This document shows, piece after piece, positions 1-9,896 of a stretch of 29,882 nt of DNA (positions are counted from its first letter, which is position 1; every line of letters starts with the position of its first letter). Position numbers and translations under genes: made by a program. Location: IMG/VR virus record IMGVR_UViG_3300008735_000658, positions 1-29,882 of that record; one strand, written 5' to 3'. This DNA comes from a virus (taxonomy: Duplodnaviria > Caudoviricetes). Under the pieces are notes generated by a model. It made no database searches and was not told where the DNA came from. It saw only the letters and a list, made by a program, of their open reading frames with translations.

Positions 1-315
1 AATATAGTAAAAAATATTATTAAATATCAATTGTGCTCATTGGTATCACCAGATAAACAGTATCCACATCAATTTAATGTAGATTATAATATACAGGAAG
101 TAATAGAAAAAAATAATGTTTTAGAATTTTACCCTTATAGTTATATAGTAGATACTGTTGTACCAATTAAGAATTATAATAATGATATAATCAAATGGTG
201 TACAGACCTCATTTGGTGGGGAAGAAAAGATTCTAAACTAAAGACAACTTTAACAGAAATTAAACAATATAAGGAGTTATATAATGGCAAAGGAACAATC
301 AGAACAAGAGTATAA
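1..315 (+). CDS. 3' end of a hypothetical protein that begins upstream of the window
   Basis: The frame is open from base 1 to TAA at 313-315. The TTG start at 31 in the ORF track is probably not the real start. No recognisable motif. Confidence 0.55.
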   Translation, partial: NIVKNIIKYQLCSLVSPDKQYPHQFNVDYNIQEVIEKNNVLEFYPYSYIVDTVVPIKNYNNDIIKWCTDLIWWGRKDSKLKTTLTEIKQYKELYNGKGTIRTRV

Positions 316-463
316 AGAGGTAACGGATGTAATTAGGTGGGAAATATCTAATTTAATGGAAATAGCTAATAAATTAGAGATTATTTTAATCCAGATAAAT
401 AATACTTTACGAGATATTAGACAGTATGGTGTTGGAGCCGACAGTAAAAATTCAGAGGAATAA
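284..463 (+). CDS. small hypothetical protein (59 aa, MAKEQSEQEYKEVTDVIRWEISNLMEIANKLEIIL...)
   Basis: ATG at 284 is preceded by the SD AAGGAG (271-276) and the frame closes at TAA 461-463. It fills the gap before 486 and falls below the ORF-track length cutoff. Confidence 0.65.
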   Translation: MAKEQSEQEYKEVTDVIRWEISNLMEIANKLEIILIQINNTLRDIRQYGVGADSKNSEE

Positions 464-485
464 AAGGTTTTAAACACATTTCATA

Positions 486-1490
486 ATGTTAAGTGATAAA
501 AGTACAATATTAATTACAGGAGTTGCTGGCCTGATAGGTTCAAGGTTAGCTGATTGGATAATAGAAAATACAGATCATAAAGTTATTGGTATTGATGATT
601 TAAGTGGGGGGTATATTAATAATGTTAATAAAGATGTGAGTTTTTATAAATTTGATTTGGTAGAGGGGGATCAATTAAATCATGTTTTTGAAAGGGAAGC
701 ACCTGACATTGTTTATCATTTTGCTGCTTATGCTGCAGAAGGATTAAGTCCTTTTATGAGAACTTTTAATTATAAAAATAATCTGATTTCTACAGCTAAG
801 ATAGTAAATTGTTGTATCAATTATGAAATAAAGAGGTTAATATTTACTTCCACTATGGCTGTTTATGGTCATGGTAAACTACCGTTTGATGAAGAAGATG
901 TACCCAATCCTATTGACCCGTATGGTATAGCAAAGTATGCTTGTGAAATGGACATTCAAGTTGCAGGTGAACAACACGGTTTAGATTGGTGTATAATCAG
1001 ACCACATAATGTTTATGGCATTAAACAAAATATTTGGGATAAATATAGAAATGTCTTAGGAATTTGGATGTGTCAGTATATGAATGAAGAACCAATGTCA
1101 ATTTTTGGTGATGGTGAACAAAAAAGAGCATTTAGTTTTATTGATGATACCCTTGAACCTTTATGGAAATCTGGGATTCAAGAAAATTGTTCAAAACAAA
1201 TTATTAATTTAGGTGGAACTAAATTTTATACTATTAATGAAGTAAATAAAATTTTACGGGATGTTATAGGAAATGGTAAAAAGGTTTATACAAAACCAAG
1301 ACATGAAGTGAAAGATGCACATTCAACTTGGAGTAAATCAGTAGAGTTATTAGGATATAAAGATATAACATCATTACATGATGGATTAAAAGAAATGTGG
1401 GACTGGGCACAAGAACAACCTAACAACACAAGAAAATTTTGGGAAAGTTATGAAGTAGAAAAAGGTATTTATGATTTTTGGAAAAAATAA
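486..1490 (+). CDS. NAD-dependent epimerase/dehydratase (extended SDR)
   Basis: TGVAGLIG Rossmann motif, HFAA, STMAVYG, catalytic YGIAK (YxxxK), RPHNVYG, GDGEQKRAF. Confidence 0.93.
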   Translation: MLSDKSTILITGVAGLIGSRLADWIIENTDHKVIGIDDLSGGYINNVNKDVSFYKFDLVEGDQLNHVFEREAPDIVYHFAAYAAEGLSPFMRTFNYKNNLISTAKIVNCCINYEIKRLIFTSTMAVYGHGKLPFDEEDVPNPIDPYGIAKYACEMDIQVAGEQHGLDWCIIRPHNVYGIKQNIWDKYRNVLGIWMCQYMNEEPMSIFGDGEQKRAFSFIDDTLEPLWKSGIQENCSKQIINLGGTKFYTINEVNKILRDVIGNGKKVYTKPRHEVKDAHSTWSKSVELLGYKDITSLHDGLKEMWDWAQEQPNNTRKFWESYEVEKGIYDFWKK

Positions 1491-1494
1491 TTAA

Positions 1495-2985
1495 ATGAAA
1501 ATATTAGGAATAAACGCATTAAACCACGACGCCGCTATCACACTTATAGAAGATGGTGAGATTTTGTTTGCAGGTCATAGTGAGAGATATAGTGGGGTTA
1601 AAAACGATTCTGATTTAAATGCAGCACTATTTGCAGATTGTTATAGACAAGGTGGTAAACCAGATAAGGTGGTTTATTTTGAAAGACCATATTTAAAAAA
1701 GTTAAGACAATTAAGAGCAGGTCAATATGGAGAAGTTTTATCTCGTAAAAATTTACCATCATATTATTTAAGAGATTATATTGGTAATTCAGAAATAGAG
1801 TATGTCCAACACCACCAATCTCATGCTGCAGCAGGTTACTTTACAAGTCCATATGAAGAATCAGCAATAGTAGTTATAGACGCAATAGGTGAGTTTGAGA
1901 CGTGTAGTATTTGGTATGCGTGGGGAAGTCATTTTGAAAAACGATATAGTTTAAAATATCCAAAATCACTTGGTCTTTGGTATAGTGCAATGACTCAACG
2001 ATTAGGATTGAAACCACAAGAGGATGAATACATCTTAATGGGAATGGCTGGTTGGGGAACACAAGATCACAAACTAAAGAATAGTATTCGCGAAGATTTC
2101 TTTAATGATTCTGATAAACTTATTGATTTAAAGGACAATTTACATAGAGGTTGTTTAGATTGGAATCCCGAATACTACCCAGATGATGATAGTGATGATT
2201 GGAAATTCAATATAGCGGCAAACGTTCAATGGATATGTGAAGAAGAAATCCGTAAAGTATTCAGTTTAGCAAAACGATTAATTCCTGAGACTAATAATTG
2301 TGTTTATATGGGTGGAGTAGCTCTAAATTGTGTAGCAAACTCTATTATAGCCCAAAGATACTATCCTGACTTGTGGATACTACCAAATCCAGGTGATGCA
2401 GGTTCATCACTCGGTTGTGCAGCATATGTTTATGGGGAACACGTGAATTGGAAAACATCATTTACTGGTTATGATATAGAAGGTCGTTATCCAAGAAAGA
2501 AAGTATTAGATGAATTGTTACAAGGAAATATCGTTGGTGTGGCAAACGGAAGGGCGGAGTTCGGTCCTCGAGCATTAGGAAACCGTTCTCTACTGGCAGA
2601 CCCTCGTGGCGATGAGATAAAGGATAGGGTAAATGAGATAAAACATAGACAAAAGTTTCGTCCATTTGCCCCATCCGTCCTTGAAGAACACGCACATGAA
2701 ATCTTTGATATGCCAGTTAAGAAATCTCAGTTCATGCAGTTCGTAGCACCCTGTAAATATCCCGATAAGTATCCAGCAATTTGTCATGTGGATAATACTT
2801 CACGAGTTCAGACGGTTAGCATGGATGATAATCCTGGTTATTACAAACTCATTAAAGAGTTTTATGAGAAAACGGGCTGTCCGATGGTATTAAATACAAG
2901 TTTAAATGTAAAGGGAAAACCAATAGTGAATAGTTATCTTGGTGGAGTTGGATTTTCTAAAAAATATAATGTAAAGGTGTTTTAA
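1495..2985 (+). CDS. carbamoyltransferase, NodU/CmcH/TobZ family
   Basis: HDAA, SERYSG, HHQSHAA, DAIGE, MGMAGWG, GGVALNC, PGDAGSSLG, EFGPRALGNRS, RPFAP, HVDNTSRVQTV, LNTSLN. Confidence 0.95.
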   Translation: MKILGINALNHDAAITLIEDGEILFAGHSERYSGVKNDSDLNAALFADCYRQGGKPDKVVYFERPYLKKLRQLRAGQYGEVLSRKNLPSYYLRDYIGNSEIEYVQHHQSHAAAGYFTSPYEESAIVVIDAIGEFETCSIWYAWGSHFEKRYSLKYPKSLGLWYSAMTQRLGLKPQEDEYILMGMAGWGTQDHKLKNSIREDFFNDSDKLIDLKDNLHRGCLDWNPEYYPDDDSDDWKFNIAANVQWICEEEIRKVFSLAKRLIPETNNCVYMGGVALNCVANSIIAQRYYPDLWILPNPGDAGSSLGCAAYVYGEHVNWKTSFTGYDIEGRYPRKKVLDELLQGNIVGVANGRAEFGPRALGNRSLLADPRGDEIKDRVNEIKHRQKFRPFAPSVLEEHAHEIFDMPVKKSQFMQFVAPCKYPDKYPAICHVDNTSRVQTVSMDDNPGYYKLIKEFYEKTGCPMVLNTSLNVKGKPIVNSYLGGVGFSKKYNVKVF

Positions 2986-3785
2986 TGAATATATTAGTTA
3001 TAGGAGATAGTTGTAAAGATGTTTTTGTTTATGGAGACATAGAAAGAATAAGTCCAGAAGCACCAATACCAGTTTTTAAACCAACACATACAGAAGAAAA
3101 TGATGGTATGGCAAAAAATGTTGCAAATAATATTGAGTCATTAGACATGCACATTTATACTATAACGAATGGAAATAGTATTGTAAAGAAACGATATGTA
3201 GAAAACCGTTCCAGTCAAATGGTATTGAGAGTTGATGAACATGATTATTGTGATAGAATAAAAATAAAAAAATTACAAGGTATAATGAATAATAAATTTC
3301 AATCTTATACCTTAATGGGTACTGTAGATAAGATTGATGCAATTATCATATCAGATTATTGTAAAGGATTTTTAGAAGAAAGTGATATAGAACATATTTG
3401 TAAATACAATAAAAATGTATTCGTGGATACTAAAAAGAAACTTGGTGAATGGATTAAAGACGCAGATTTTATTAAAATAAACGAATTAGAATATCAGAAG
3501 AATCATGAAGTATTATCAGAAAATGGACTTGAAGAAAAACTTATTGTTACATTAGGTAGTAAAGGGTGTAGATATAATGGAAAAGATTTTCCAGTAGAAG
3601 AAGTTCCTGTAAAGGATGTTAGTGGAGCAGGAGATACTTTCATTGCAGGATTAGTTCGTGGTTATTTAGATACAAATAATATAGAGAGTGCAATAGAATT
3701 TGCACAAAAATGTACGACAGTTGTAGTTCAACAGCACGGTGTTGCTACAGCCACATTAAAAGAATTAGAAGGTGGAGAAAGTTAA
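2985..3785 (+). CDS. PfkB-family sugar kinase resembling the RfaE/HldE domain I heptose-7-phosphate kinase
   Basis: ILVIGD, RISPEAPIPV, SDYCKG, VDTK, KINELE, VTLGSKG, and the PfkB signature DVSGAGDTF. Confidence 0.85.
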   Translation: MNILVIGDSCKDVFVYGDIERISPEAPIPVFKPTHTEENDGMAKNVANNIESLDMHIYTITNGNSIVKKRYVENRSSQMVLRVDEHDYCDRIKIKKLQGIMNNKFQSYTLMGTVDKIDAIIISDYCKGFLEESDIEHICKYNKNVFVDTKKKLGEWIKDADFIKINELEYQKNHEVLSENGLEEKLIVTLGSKGCRYNGKDFPVEEVPVKDVSGAGDTFIAGLVRGYLDTNNIESAIEFAQKCTTVVVQQHGVATATLKELEGGES

Positions 3786-3786
3786 G

Positions 3787-4191
3787 ATGAGTTACACAAG
3801 AAAATACTTACCGACTATAAGTGAATTAATAGATAGATTATCTATTGTACAGTTAAAGGAAGTTTTTATACCAGAACATAAAGAAAAATATGCTAAGGAA
3901 ATTAAAGAGATAGTAGAAGATTTAGATGAATTGATCTATTGGGAGAAACCAACAGGTGAAATGATTAGAGCTATTGTGGTATTGGCTCAGATGAACTTAC
4001 ATATTTGGCATAATGAATCTCAATTTAGAGCAGGTGAAGGTGATGGAAATCTTGAATTGACTCACGGGTTAAATGGAATTAGAAATACTGCAAAAAATAA
4101 GATACAAGAAAATCTTGTAGAGGGGGGAAGAAAAGATTATAAGATAGATTGTATAGCATCTGAGTTTGATGACTGGGAAGTAAGCTGGTAA
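3787..4191 (+). CDS. helical hypothetical protein (possibly DUF4254-like)
   Basis: ELIDRLSIVQLK and NLHIWHNE segments. The ATG at 3787, just after the upstream stop, is preferred to the GTG at 3772. The family assignment is tentative. Confidence 0.6.
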   Translation: MSYTRKYLPTISELIDRLSIVQLKEVFIPEHKEKYAKEIKEIVEDLDELIYWEKPTGEMIRAIVVLAQMNLHIWHNESQFRAGEGDGNLELTHGLNGIRNTAKNKIQENLVEGGRKDYKIDCIASEFDDWEVSW

Positions 4192-5441
4192 TGAATATAG
4201 GATTTATAGGATTAGGAAAACTTGGTTTACCTTGTGCATTAGCAGTGGAATCAAGAGGTCATAAGGTAGTTGGTTATGATCCTTCAGAACAAGTTAAGGA
4301 TATTATTGATACTAAAAAACTTCAATATCAAGAAATATGGGCTCAAGAGTATTTAGATAAAAGTAAAATAGAAATAAAATCAATTGAAGAAGTTGTAGGA
4401 GAATCTGAAATTATTTTTGTTTCAATACAAACACCACATGAGGATGAATTTGAAGGAATAACAAGAATACCAGATGAACGAGAAGATTTTGATTATACTT
4501 ATTTGAAAAAAGGTATAAAAGATTTAGAACAAGAAATATGGCATCAACAATCTAAAAAAGTTGTTATTATTATTTCTACAGTTCTACCAGGAACAATTCG
4601 TAGAGAAATAAAACCATTTATAGACCATAATCCATATTTTAAATTATGTTATAATCCATTTTTTATTGCTATGGGCACAACAATGAGGGATTTTTTACAT
4701 CCAGAGTTTGTATTATTTGGACACGATGATGATTGGGCCCTTAATAAATCAGAAAAATTTTATAAAACGATAACACACGCTTCTGTATATAAAACAACAG
4801 TAGAAAATGCAGAATTAATAAAAGTTTTATATAACACTTTTATATCTACAAAATTAGCATTTACAAATACGGTAATGGAAATGTGTCATAAATTACCAAA
4901 TACAAATGTTGATGAGGTAATGAACGCACTTGCAATGGGTGATGAAAGAATTATTTCATATAAGTATATGAGTGGTGGAATGGGAGATGGCGGTGGTTGC
5001 CACCCCCGTGATAATATAGCATTAAGTTGGTTATCACGAGAATTAGATTTATCACATGATTGGTTTGATAATATTATGAAACAACGAGAAAATCAAACTG
5101 ATTGGTTGGCCAATTTGGTAGAAGATCACTGTAAAGATAAGAAAATTTTGATACTTGGAAAGTCATTTAAACCAGAAACTAATATTACAACAGGAAGTCC
5201 ATCTATTTTATTGAATAATATATTGGAAGAACGAGGACACGAGGTTTATATGTGGGATCCATATGTAGATACACATAAATTACTTACTGGTGAAGAACCA
5301 ATGATTTATTTTATTGGTACAAAACATCCTGATTTTACTACTTATTCATATAATAAAGGTTCTATTATAATTGATCCTTGGAGATATATTCCAGAACAAG
5401 ATAGTTGTGAAGTAATTCATGTAGGAGATAGTTTAAATTGA
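4191..5441 (+). CDS. ugd: UDP-glucose/GDP-mannose dehydrogenase family protein
   Basis: GFIGLGKLG, STVLPGT, YNPFF, AELIKVLYNTF, catalytic GGGCHPRD, LGKSFKPET, DPY. The substrate is not determinable from sequence. Confidence 0.88.
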   Translation: MNIGFIGLGKLGLPCALAVESRGHKVVGYDPSEQVKDIIDTKKLQYQEIWAQEYLDKSKIEIKSIEEVVGESEIIFVSIQTPHEDEFEGITRIPDEREDFDYTYLKKGIKDLEQEIWHQQSKKVVIIISTVLPGTIRREIKPFIDHNPYFKLCYNPFFIAMGTTMRDFLHPEFVLFGHDDDWALNKSEKFYKTITHASVYKTTVENAELIKVLYNTFISTKLAFTNTVMEMCHKLPNTNVDEVMNALAMGDERIISYKYMSGGMGDGGGCHPRDNIALSWLSRELDLSHDWFDNIMKQRENQTDWLANLVEDHCKDKKILILGKSFKPETNITTGSPSILLNNILEERGHEVYMWDPYVDTHKLLTGEEPMIYFIGTKHPDFTTYSYNKGSIIIDPWRYIPEQDSCEVIHVGDSLN

Positions 5442-6337
5442 GAATATTAATAACAGGAGGAGCAGGTTATCTTGGTTCTAAATTAACAGAAATACTTTTA
5501 AGTCAAGAACATAATGTAATTGTATATGATAATTTATTTTTTGGTTCAGTAGGAATAATTCCATTTTTAGATAATCCAAAATATAAATTAATTAAAAATA
5601 CAATAAATAATCTTGAATTGATAGAGACTGTTATAAAGAGTGTAGATTATGTTGTTCATTTGGCAGCAATAGTAGGAGAACCAAGTTGTAAGCAATATGA
5701 AAGTTCGGTGTATAATGTAAATACAGGAGCCACGGAATGGATTAGTAAATGTGCATATAACTATGATATACCATTATTATTTTTAAGCACTTGTAGTAAT
5801 TATGGGAAAACTGATGAAGTAGTAACAGAAGATTCACTATTAGAACCACTTGGATTATATGCAGATTCTAAAATTCAGGCAGAAGAAATTGTATTAGATA
5901 ACAAACAGTTGGTATTGAGAATGTCTACATTATTTGGGGTGAGTTATAGAGTTAGATATGACATAACGATAAACGAGTTTGTATATCAGTATTATAGGGA
6001 TAAATTGTTAAAAGTTTATGGTGAAGATACTTGGAGACCATATCTTCATGTTCAAGATGCCTGTAATATGATTATTCAATGTATGGAAAAAGATTTACGA
6101 GGAGTTTATAATGTAGGATTTAACGATTTAAATTATCAAAAGAAAGAAATTGTAAATACGATAGTAGATTATTTAGGTGAAGGAAAACTTGAATATGTTA
6201 AATTTGATGATCCAAGAGATTATAAAGTTAATTTTGATAAAATACAAAAAGAATTGAAATATCAATATAAGTTTTCACTTAAAAATGGCATTCGTGAGTT
6301 ATATGAAGAAATTCAACGAGGAGTTATTCTCAAATAA
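5438..6337 (+). CDS. NAD-dependent epimerase/dehydratase (extended SDR)
   Basis: TGGAGYLG, HLAAIVG, STCSNYG, YADSK (YxxxK), WRPYLHVQD. TTG start overlaps the upstream stop. Confidence 0.9.
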   Translation: MRILITGGAGYLGSKLTEILLSQEHNVIVYDNLFFGSVGIIPFLDNPKYKLIKNTINNLELIETVIKSVDYVVHLAAIVGEPSCKQYESSVYNVNTGATEWISKCAYNYDIPLLFLSTCSNYGKTDEVVTEDSLLEPLGLYADSKIQAEEIVLDNKQLVLRMSTLFGVSYRVRYDITINEFVYQYYRDKLLKVYGEDTWRPYLHVQDACNMIIQCMEKDLRGVYNVGFNDLNYQKKEIVNTIVDYLGEGKLEYVKFDDPRDYKVNFDKIQKELKYQYKFSLKNGIRELYEEIQRGVILK

Positions 6338-6359
6338 CTTCTAATATTTTCGTTTTCTT

Positions 6360-6368
6360 ATATTTATA
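6360..6368 (+). promoter_or_regulatory. putative phage late-promoter element ATATTTATA
   Basis: The same 9-mer occurs in three intergenic gaps (6360, 12330, 24278), each ending about 30 nt before a start codon. Confidence 0.45.
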
Positions 6369-6398
6369 GTTGATGAACTATATTTAGGAGACGATAAT

Positions 6399-6836
6399 AT
6401 GATACTTGAAATTTTATTCCCATTATTTATAATACTTTATTGGTTTTCAGAAGGAGTAACGGAAGGTTATACTTGGGCAAAACCAAAACGTAGAAATTCA
6501 AACAAACTTATTCACCCGAATAATAAATCAAATGGCTTAATGGATTATCATGGATGGCGTGTGCTAGAACAAATAGGAATATGGGGTACAGTATTCACTT
6601 CATTTTTTTATACTTTACCGTTCCAAACCTGGTTTTTAACTGGATTGGGATCATGGCTTATTGGTACAGCAGTTTATGAAATGGCACTTAACCATGTAGA
6701 TAAAGGAACAATTTACAAACCTAATACTTTTAAGTGGCACATTTGGGGATATGATATACCATGGCTAGTAGGTAAGTTTATCTGGGTTATATTTACAGTT
6801 GGTGTATTAATTTTAGGATATGGAATAATTAGATGA
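6399..6836 (+). CDS. multi-pass membrane protein
   Basis: SD AGGAG upstream. Three to four hydrophobic, aromatic-rich segments. Confidence 0.75.
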   Translation: MILEILFPLFIILYWFSEGVTEGYTWAKPKRRNSNKLIHPNNKSNGLMDYHGWRVLEQIGIWGTVFTSFFYTLPFQTWFLTGLGSWLIGTAVYEMALNHVDKGTIYKPNTFKWHIWGYDIPWLVGKFIWVIFTVGVLILGYGIIR

Positions 6837-7822
6837 TTAAATTAAAAGATTTATTATATGAAAATAAGGCTGGTGATGTAGAGGATAAAATCCGTAAGGT
6901 ATTCTTGATGGAACCGGGTAGTTTTAACACTGGTTGGAAAATGTCTAAACGACAATATAAAGGACTTATAAAAACTTTAAAAAAACAGTTTGGTAGTGTA
7001 GTAGATAAAGTTGTAAAAGAACTTGAAAAATATAAATATATTGAACCACAAGGACCAATGATTGTTTGGAATGATAGTGTTCAAAATGATGGAACTGTTA
7101 TTAGTGAGGGAGTAAATGACCCTGGTATATTCAAAGCAGTATTCCTTAGTGGAGGACCTGGAAGTGGAAAAACTTATGTTGCATCTCAATTATTCGGAAT
7201 CCCCGAAAAAGTTAATGTATCATATTCTGGACTTAAAATGGTAAATCAAGATACAGAATTAGAAAATTTTCTGAAAAAGTATTTTGGAACTGTTGATATT
7301 GATAATATGCCCGATGAATTATTCAAACAACTTACAGATCCAACTTATGATGATTATAGTGGAATGAGAGGTCGTACAAAAGAACTTAGTAAGACTAAAT
7401 TAAAAATATACACACAAGGTAGATTGGGTGTTATTATTGATGGTACTGGACATAAATTTAAAGACATAAAAGACCAAAGAGATGATTTAATAAAACTGGG
7501 ATATGATACTTTTATGGTATTTGTTAATACTTCATTAGAAGTTGCACAAAAACGAAATGAAGAACGACCACGAAGATTACCGGCAAACCTTGTAGAAAAA
7601 TCGTGGAAAGAAGTTCAAAATAACATGGCATATTTCCAGGGATTATTTGGTGGTGCTAATTTTCTATTGGTTGATAATAAAAAACATTTAAGTCCAAAAC
7701 AGGCACAGTCTAAATTTAATATGTTGGTTGGTAAAGGTATTGGTAAATTTTTAAAGAAACCAATTAAGAATAAACAAGCTTTGAAATGGATTGAAAAACA
7801 AAAATTGTTGAAGAAACGATGA
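6833..7822 (+). CDS. MIKLK-leader protein with a C-terminal P-loop kinase (zeta-toxin/AAA_33/PNK-like)
   Basis: Leader MIKLKDLLYE, Walker A GGPGSGKT, IIDGT, and lid motif VNTSLEVAQKRNEERPR. The kinase domain starts after ISE/G. Confidence 0.8.
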   Translation: MIKLKDLLYENKAGDVEDKIRKVFLMEPGSFNTGWKMSKRQYKGLIKTLKKQFGSVVDKVVKELEKYKYIEPQGPMIVWNDSVQNDGTVISEGVNDPGIFKAVFLSGGPGSGKTYVASQLFGIPEKVNVSYSGLKMVNQDTELENFLKKYFGTVDIDNMPDELFKQLTDPTYDDYSGMRGRTKELSKTKLKIYTQGRLGVIIDGTGHKFKDIKDQRDDLIKLGYDTFMVFVNTSLEVAQKRNEERPRRLPANLVEKSWKEVQNNMAYFQGLFGGANFLLVDNKKHLSPKQAQSKFNMLVGKGIGKFLKKPIKNKQALKWIEKQKLLKKR

Positions 7823-8856
7823 TTAAATTAAAACAACTAATAAATGAAGATTGGTGGAGTGATTTAGACCAATCAGGTCAGGCAGCTTACATAAAATCTC
7901 ACCCACAAAGTAAAAAGGCACAGGATGCCAAAAAGAAAGAAAAAAAATCAGGAAAACCTAATCAACCTGGTCTTGGAACGGGTAGTAAAAATCTAACTGG
8001 TCCTAAATCAAAAGAAGATGCATTAGGTGATAATCCAAAAAAAGAAGCAGCCATAGTTCAAGGTATAAAGGCAATGGCTTCTAAAAATAGGGGTAAACAT
8101 CCTAAAGACCAAGATAAATCGGTTGATATTGGTGACAAAGAAACTACTAATTTATGTGATGTAACTGTACCAGGAACCAATATATTCTGTGCTGATAGTA
8201 AGGGAATACCACGAGCTAAAATGCCACAATTAAAATCTAAGCCGTGGAAAAGGGGTGAAGGTGAACCTTGGGTATATAATGAAAAAACTGGACAACATGA
8301 ACCTACAAAATTTGAAGAAACGGATGAAGAATATGCACAAAGAGTTCCAGCCTCTAAATTACCACAAGACGGACAGGGAGAGGTAAATACAGAAGATGCA
8401 TTTAAAAGAAATTTAGAGTCAATTGGAGTTAAAATGTCTGAACCAAAACCTATGAGTGTTAGAGATATGAAGGCAACTCAAAATGAATTAAAACCTGCAA
8501 ATGTTGCGTTTATGAGTGATGTATTAATGAATGCAACTCCACCACCACACAAAGACAAAGATGCAGAAAAAAAGTGGAAACTATCAGAGAAATTACGAGA
8601 ACCTGTTATTGTTTCAAAGGACGGATATATTTTAGACGGACATCACAGATGGGGAGCGTTAGTTGCACTTGATATTGCAAACGGTGGTAGTGGTGAAATT
8701 GAAATGAATGTAAAAATGGTTGATGCTGGAGCAGAAGAATTAGTAGAAAAGACAAATGAGTTTACACAGAAACAAGGATTGCAAACTAAACCGGCAGAGA
8801 AAAAGAAGAAGAAAGAAAGTATAATTAGAATGGTGGATTTACTCAATGGCAGGTAA
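7819..8856 (+). CDS. MIKLK-leader protein with a C-terminal ParB/sulfiredoxin-like domain
   Basis: Leader MIKLKQLINE, then MKATQNE and PVIVSKDGYILDGHHRW (ParB/Srx DGHHR motif). Confidence 0.75.
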   Translation: MIKLKQLINEDWWSDLDQSGQAAYIKSHPQSKKAQDAKKKEKKSGKPNQPGLGTGSKNLTGPKSKEDALGDNPKKEAAIVQGIKAMASKNRGKHPKDQDKSVDIGDKETTNLCDVTVPGTNIFCADSKGIPRAKMPQLKSKPWKRGEGEPWVYNEKTGQHEPTKFEETDEEYAQRVPASKLPQDGQGEVNTEDAFKRNLESIGVKMSEPKPMSVRDMKATQNELKPANVAFMSDVLMNATPPPHKDKDAEKKWKLSEKLREPVIVSKDGYILDGHHRWGALVALDIANGGSGEIEMNVKMVDAGAEELVEKTNEFTQKQGLQTKPAEKKKKKESIIRMVDLLNGR

Positions 8857-9166
8857 AGGCGATTGCTACGAAGTCAACGGAAGATTTGTAAGCAGGGGGC
8901 ATGATAAAGATTTAGTATTATGTCATGGACTTGCTATACTATCCACAGACGGTAAGCCATTCGGTCATGCTTGGATAGAAAAGGGAAATATGATATTAGA
9001 TTTCAGTAATGGTAGAAAGATAGTATTAGCTAAAAAGAAGTATTATGAGTTGGGTGGAATACCCGCAAATGGTAAAAAGATATATAAGTATTCAGTTGAA
9101 GAAACTATGACAAATATGTTAAAGCATGGGCATTGGGGACCTTGGGATTATAATCCACGGAGATAA
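8846..9166 (+). CDS. small protein with a possible Cys-His-Asp triad (transglutaminase/papain-like)
   Basis: GDCYE ... GHAWIE ... ILDFS spacing. Confidence 0.55.
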   Translation: MAGKGDCYEVNGRFVSRGHDKDLVLCHGLAILSTDGKPFGHAWIEKGNMILDFSNGRKIVLAKKKYYELGGIPANGKKIYKYSVEETMTNMLKHGHWGPWDYNPRR

Positions 9167-9169
9167 ATT

Positions 9170-9355
9170 ATGATAAAATTGAAAAAAATATTAACAGAAG
9201 CACCAAAGAAAAATAAGTGGAAGATTCAAATAGAAGTTGAAATTCCAGAAGGTAAAGGCTATCATTATTTATACAATATATTTTACGGTGGGGTGTTAAG
9301 TGGATATGAAAAACACGAAAATTGGAAAATTAAAAAGCTGGTAATAAAACAATGA
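9170..9355 (+). CDS. MIKLK-leader hypothetical protein
   Basis: Leader MIKLKKILTE; GGAG upstream. Confidence 0.7.
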   Translation: MIKLKKILTEAPKKNKWKIQIEVEIPEGKGYHYLYNIFYGGVLSGYEKHENWKIKKLVIKQ

Positions 9356-9618
9356 TTAAACTAAAAGATATAATAGAAGCACTTGCAAGTGGATACGCAA
9401 ATAGAACAGATTTTAAAGGGCTGAAAAAGAATAGTGTAGTTAAATTGCATGATGGAACAATAGCAAAGATTTTAGAAAGAGTGGCTCCAAGAATACCACA
9501 ATTTTTTGCAGTAGTAGAAAAGGTTGGCACAAAGATGAAGAATACTGCCGGTAAGAAAGCTAAAGTAGGTGATACAATTAAATTTGCAGAAGCATATATT
9601 AGAGAGAGAATAAAATGA
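9352..9618 (+). CDS. MIKLK-leader hypothetical protein
   Basis: Leader MIKLKDIIE; ATGA overlaps at both ends. Confidence 0.7.
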   Translation: MIKLKDIIEALASGYANRTDFKGLKKNSVVKLHDGTIAKILERVAPRIPQFFAVVEKVGTKMKNTAGKKAKVGDTIKFAEAYIRERIK

Positions 9619-9896
9619 TTAAATTAAAAGATTTATTAACGGAAAAGAAAACTATATCTATTGATACTGCACAAGATATGAGAAAGGCAGGTTATTGGAT
9701 ATTAGTGTCTAATAACTTGAAGAAAGTAATTGCGGTAGATAAAGATGAAAAGAATTTAATGAATATACAAAAGCAAAATAGAGGTAAATTTAAGTTATTT
9801 GAACCATTAAAAACTATAAAAATATCACCAGAACAACAACGTGAATACCATAGATTACATAAACTGATTTGGAAGAATAGTGGGTTCGGTGGATGA
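9615..9896 (+). CDS. MIKLK-leader hypothetical protein
   Basis: Leader MIKLKDLLTE; ATGA overlaps at both ends. Confidence 0.7.
   Translation: MIKLKDLLTEKKTISIDTAQDMRKAGYWILVSNNLKKVIAVDKDEKNLMNIQKQNRGKFKLFEPLKTIKISPEQQREYHRLHKLIWKNSGFGG

Noticed and set aside
6833-8856. Zeta toxin-antitoxin or ParAB partition system
   Set aside because: There is no epsilon-like antitoxin, the Walker A is kinase-type rather than the deviant ParA type, and the ParB-like domain has no evident HTH.
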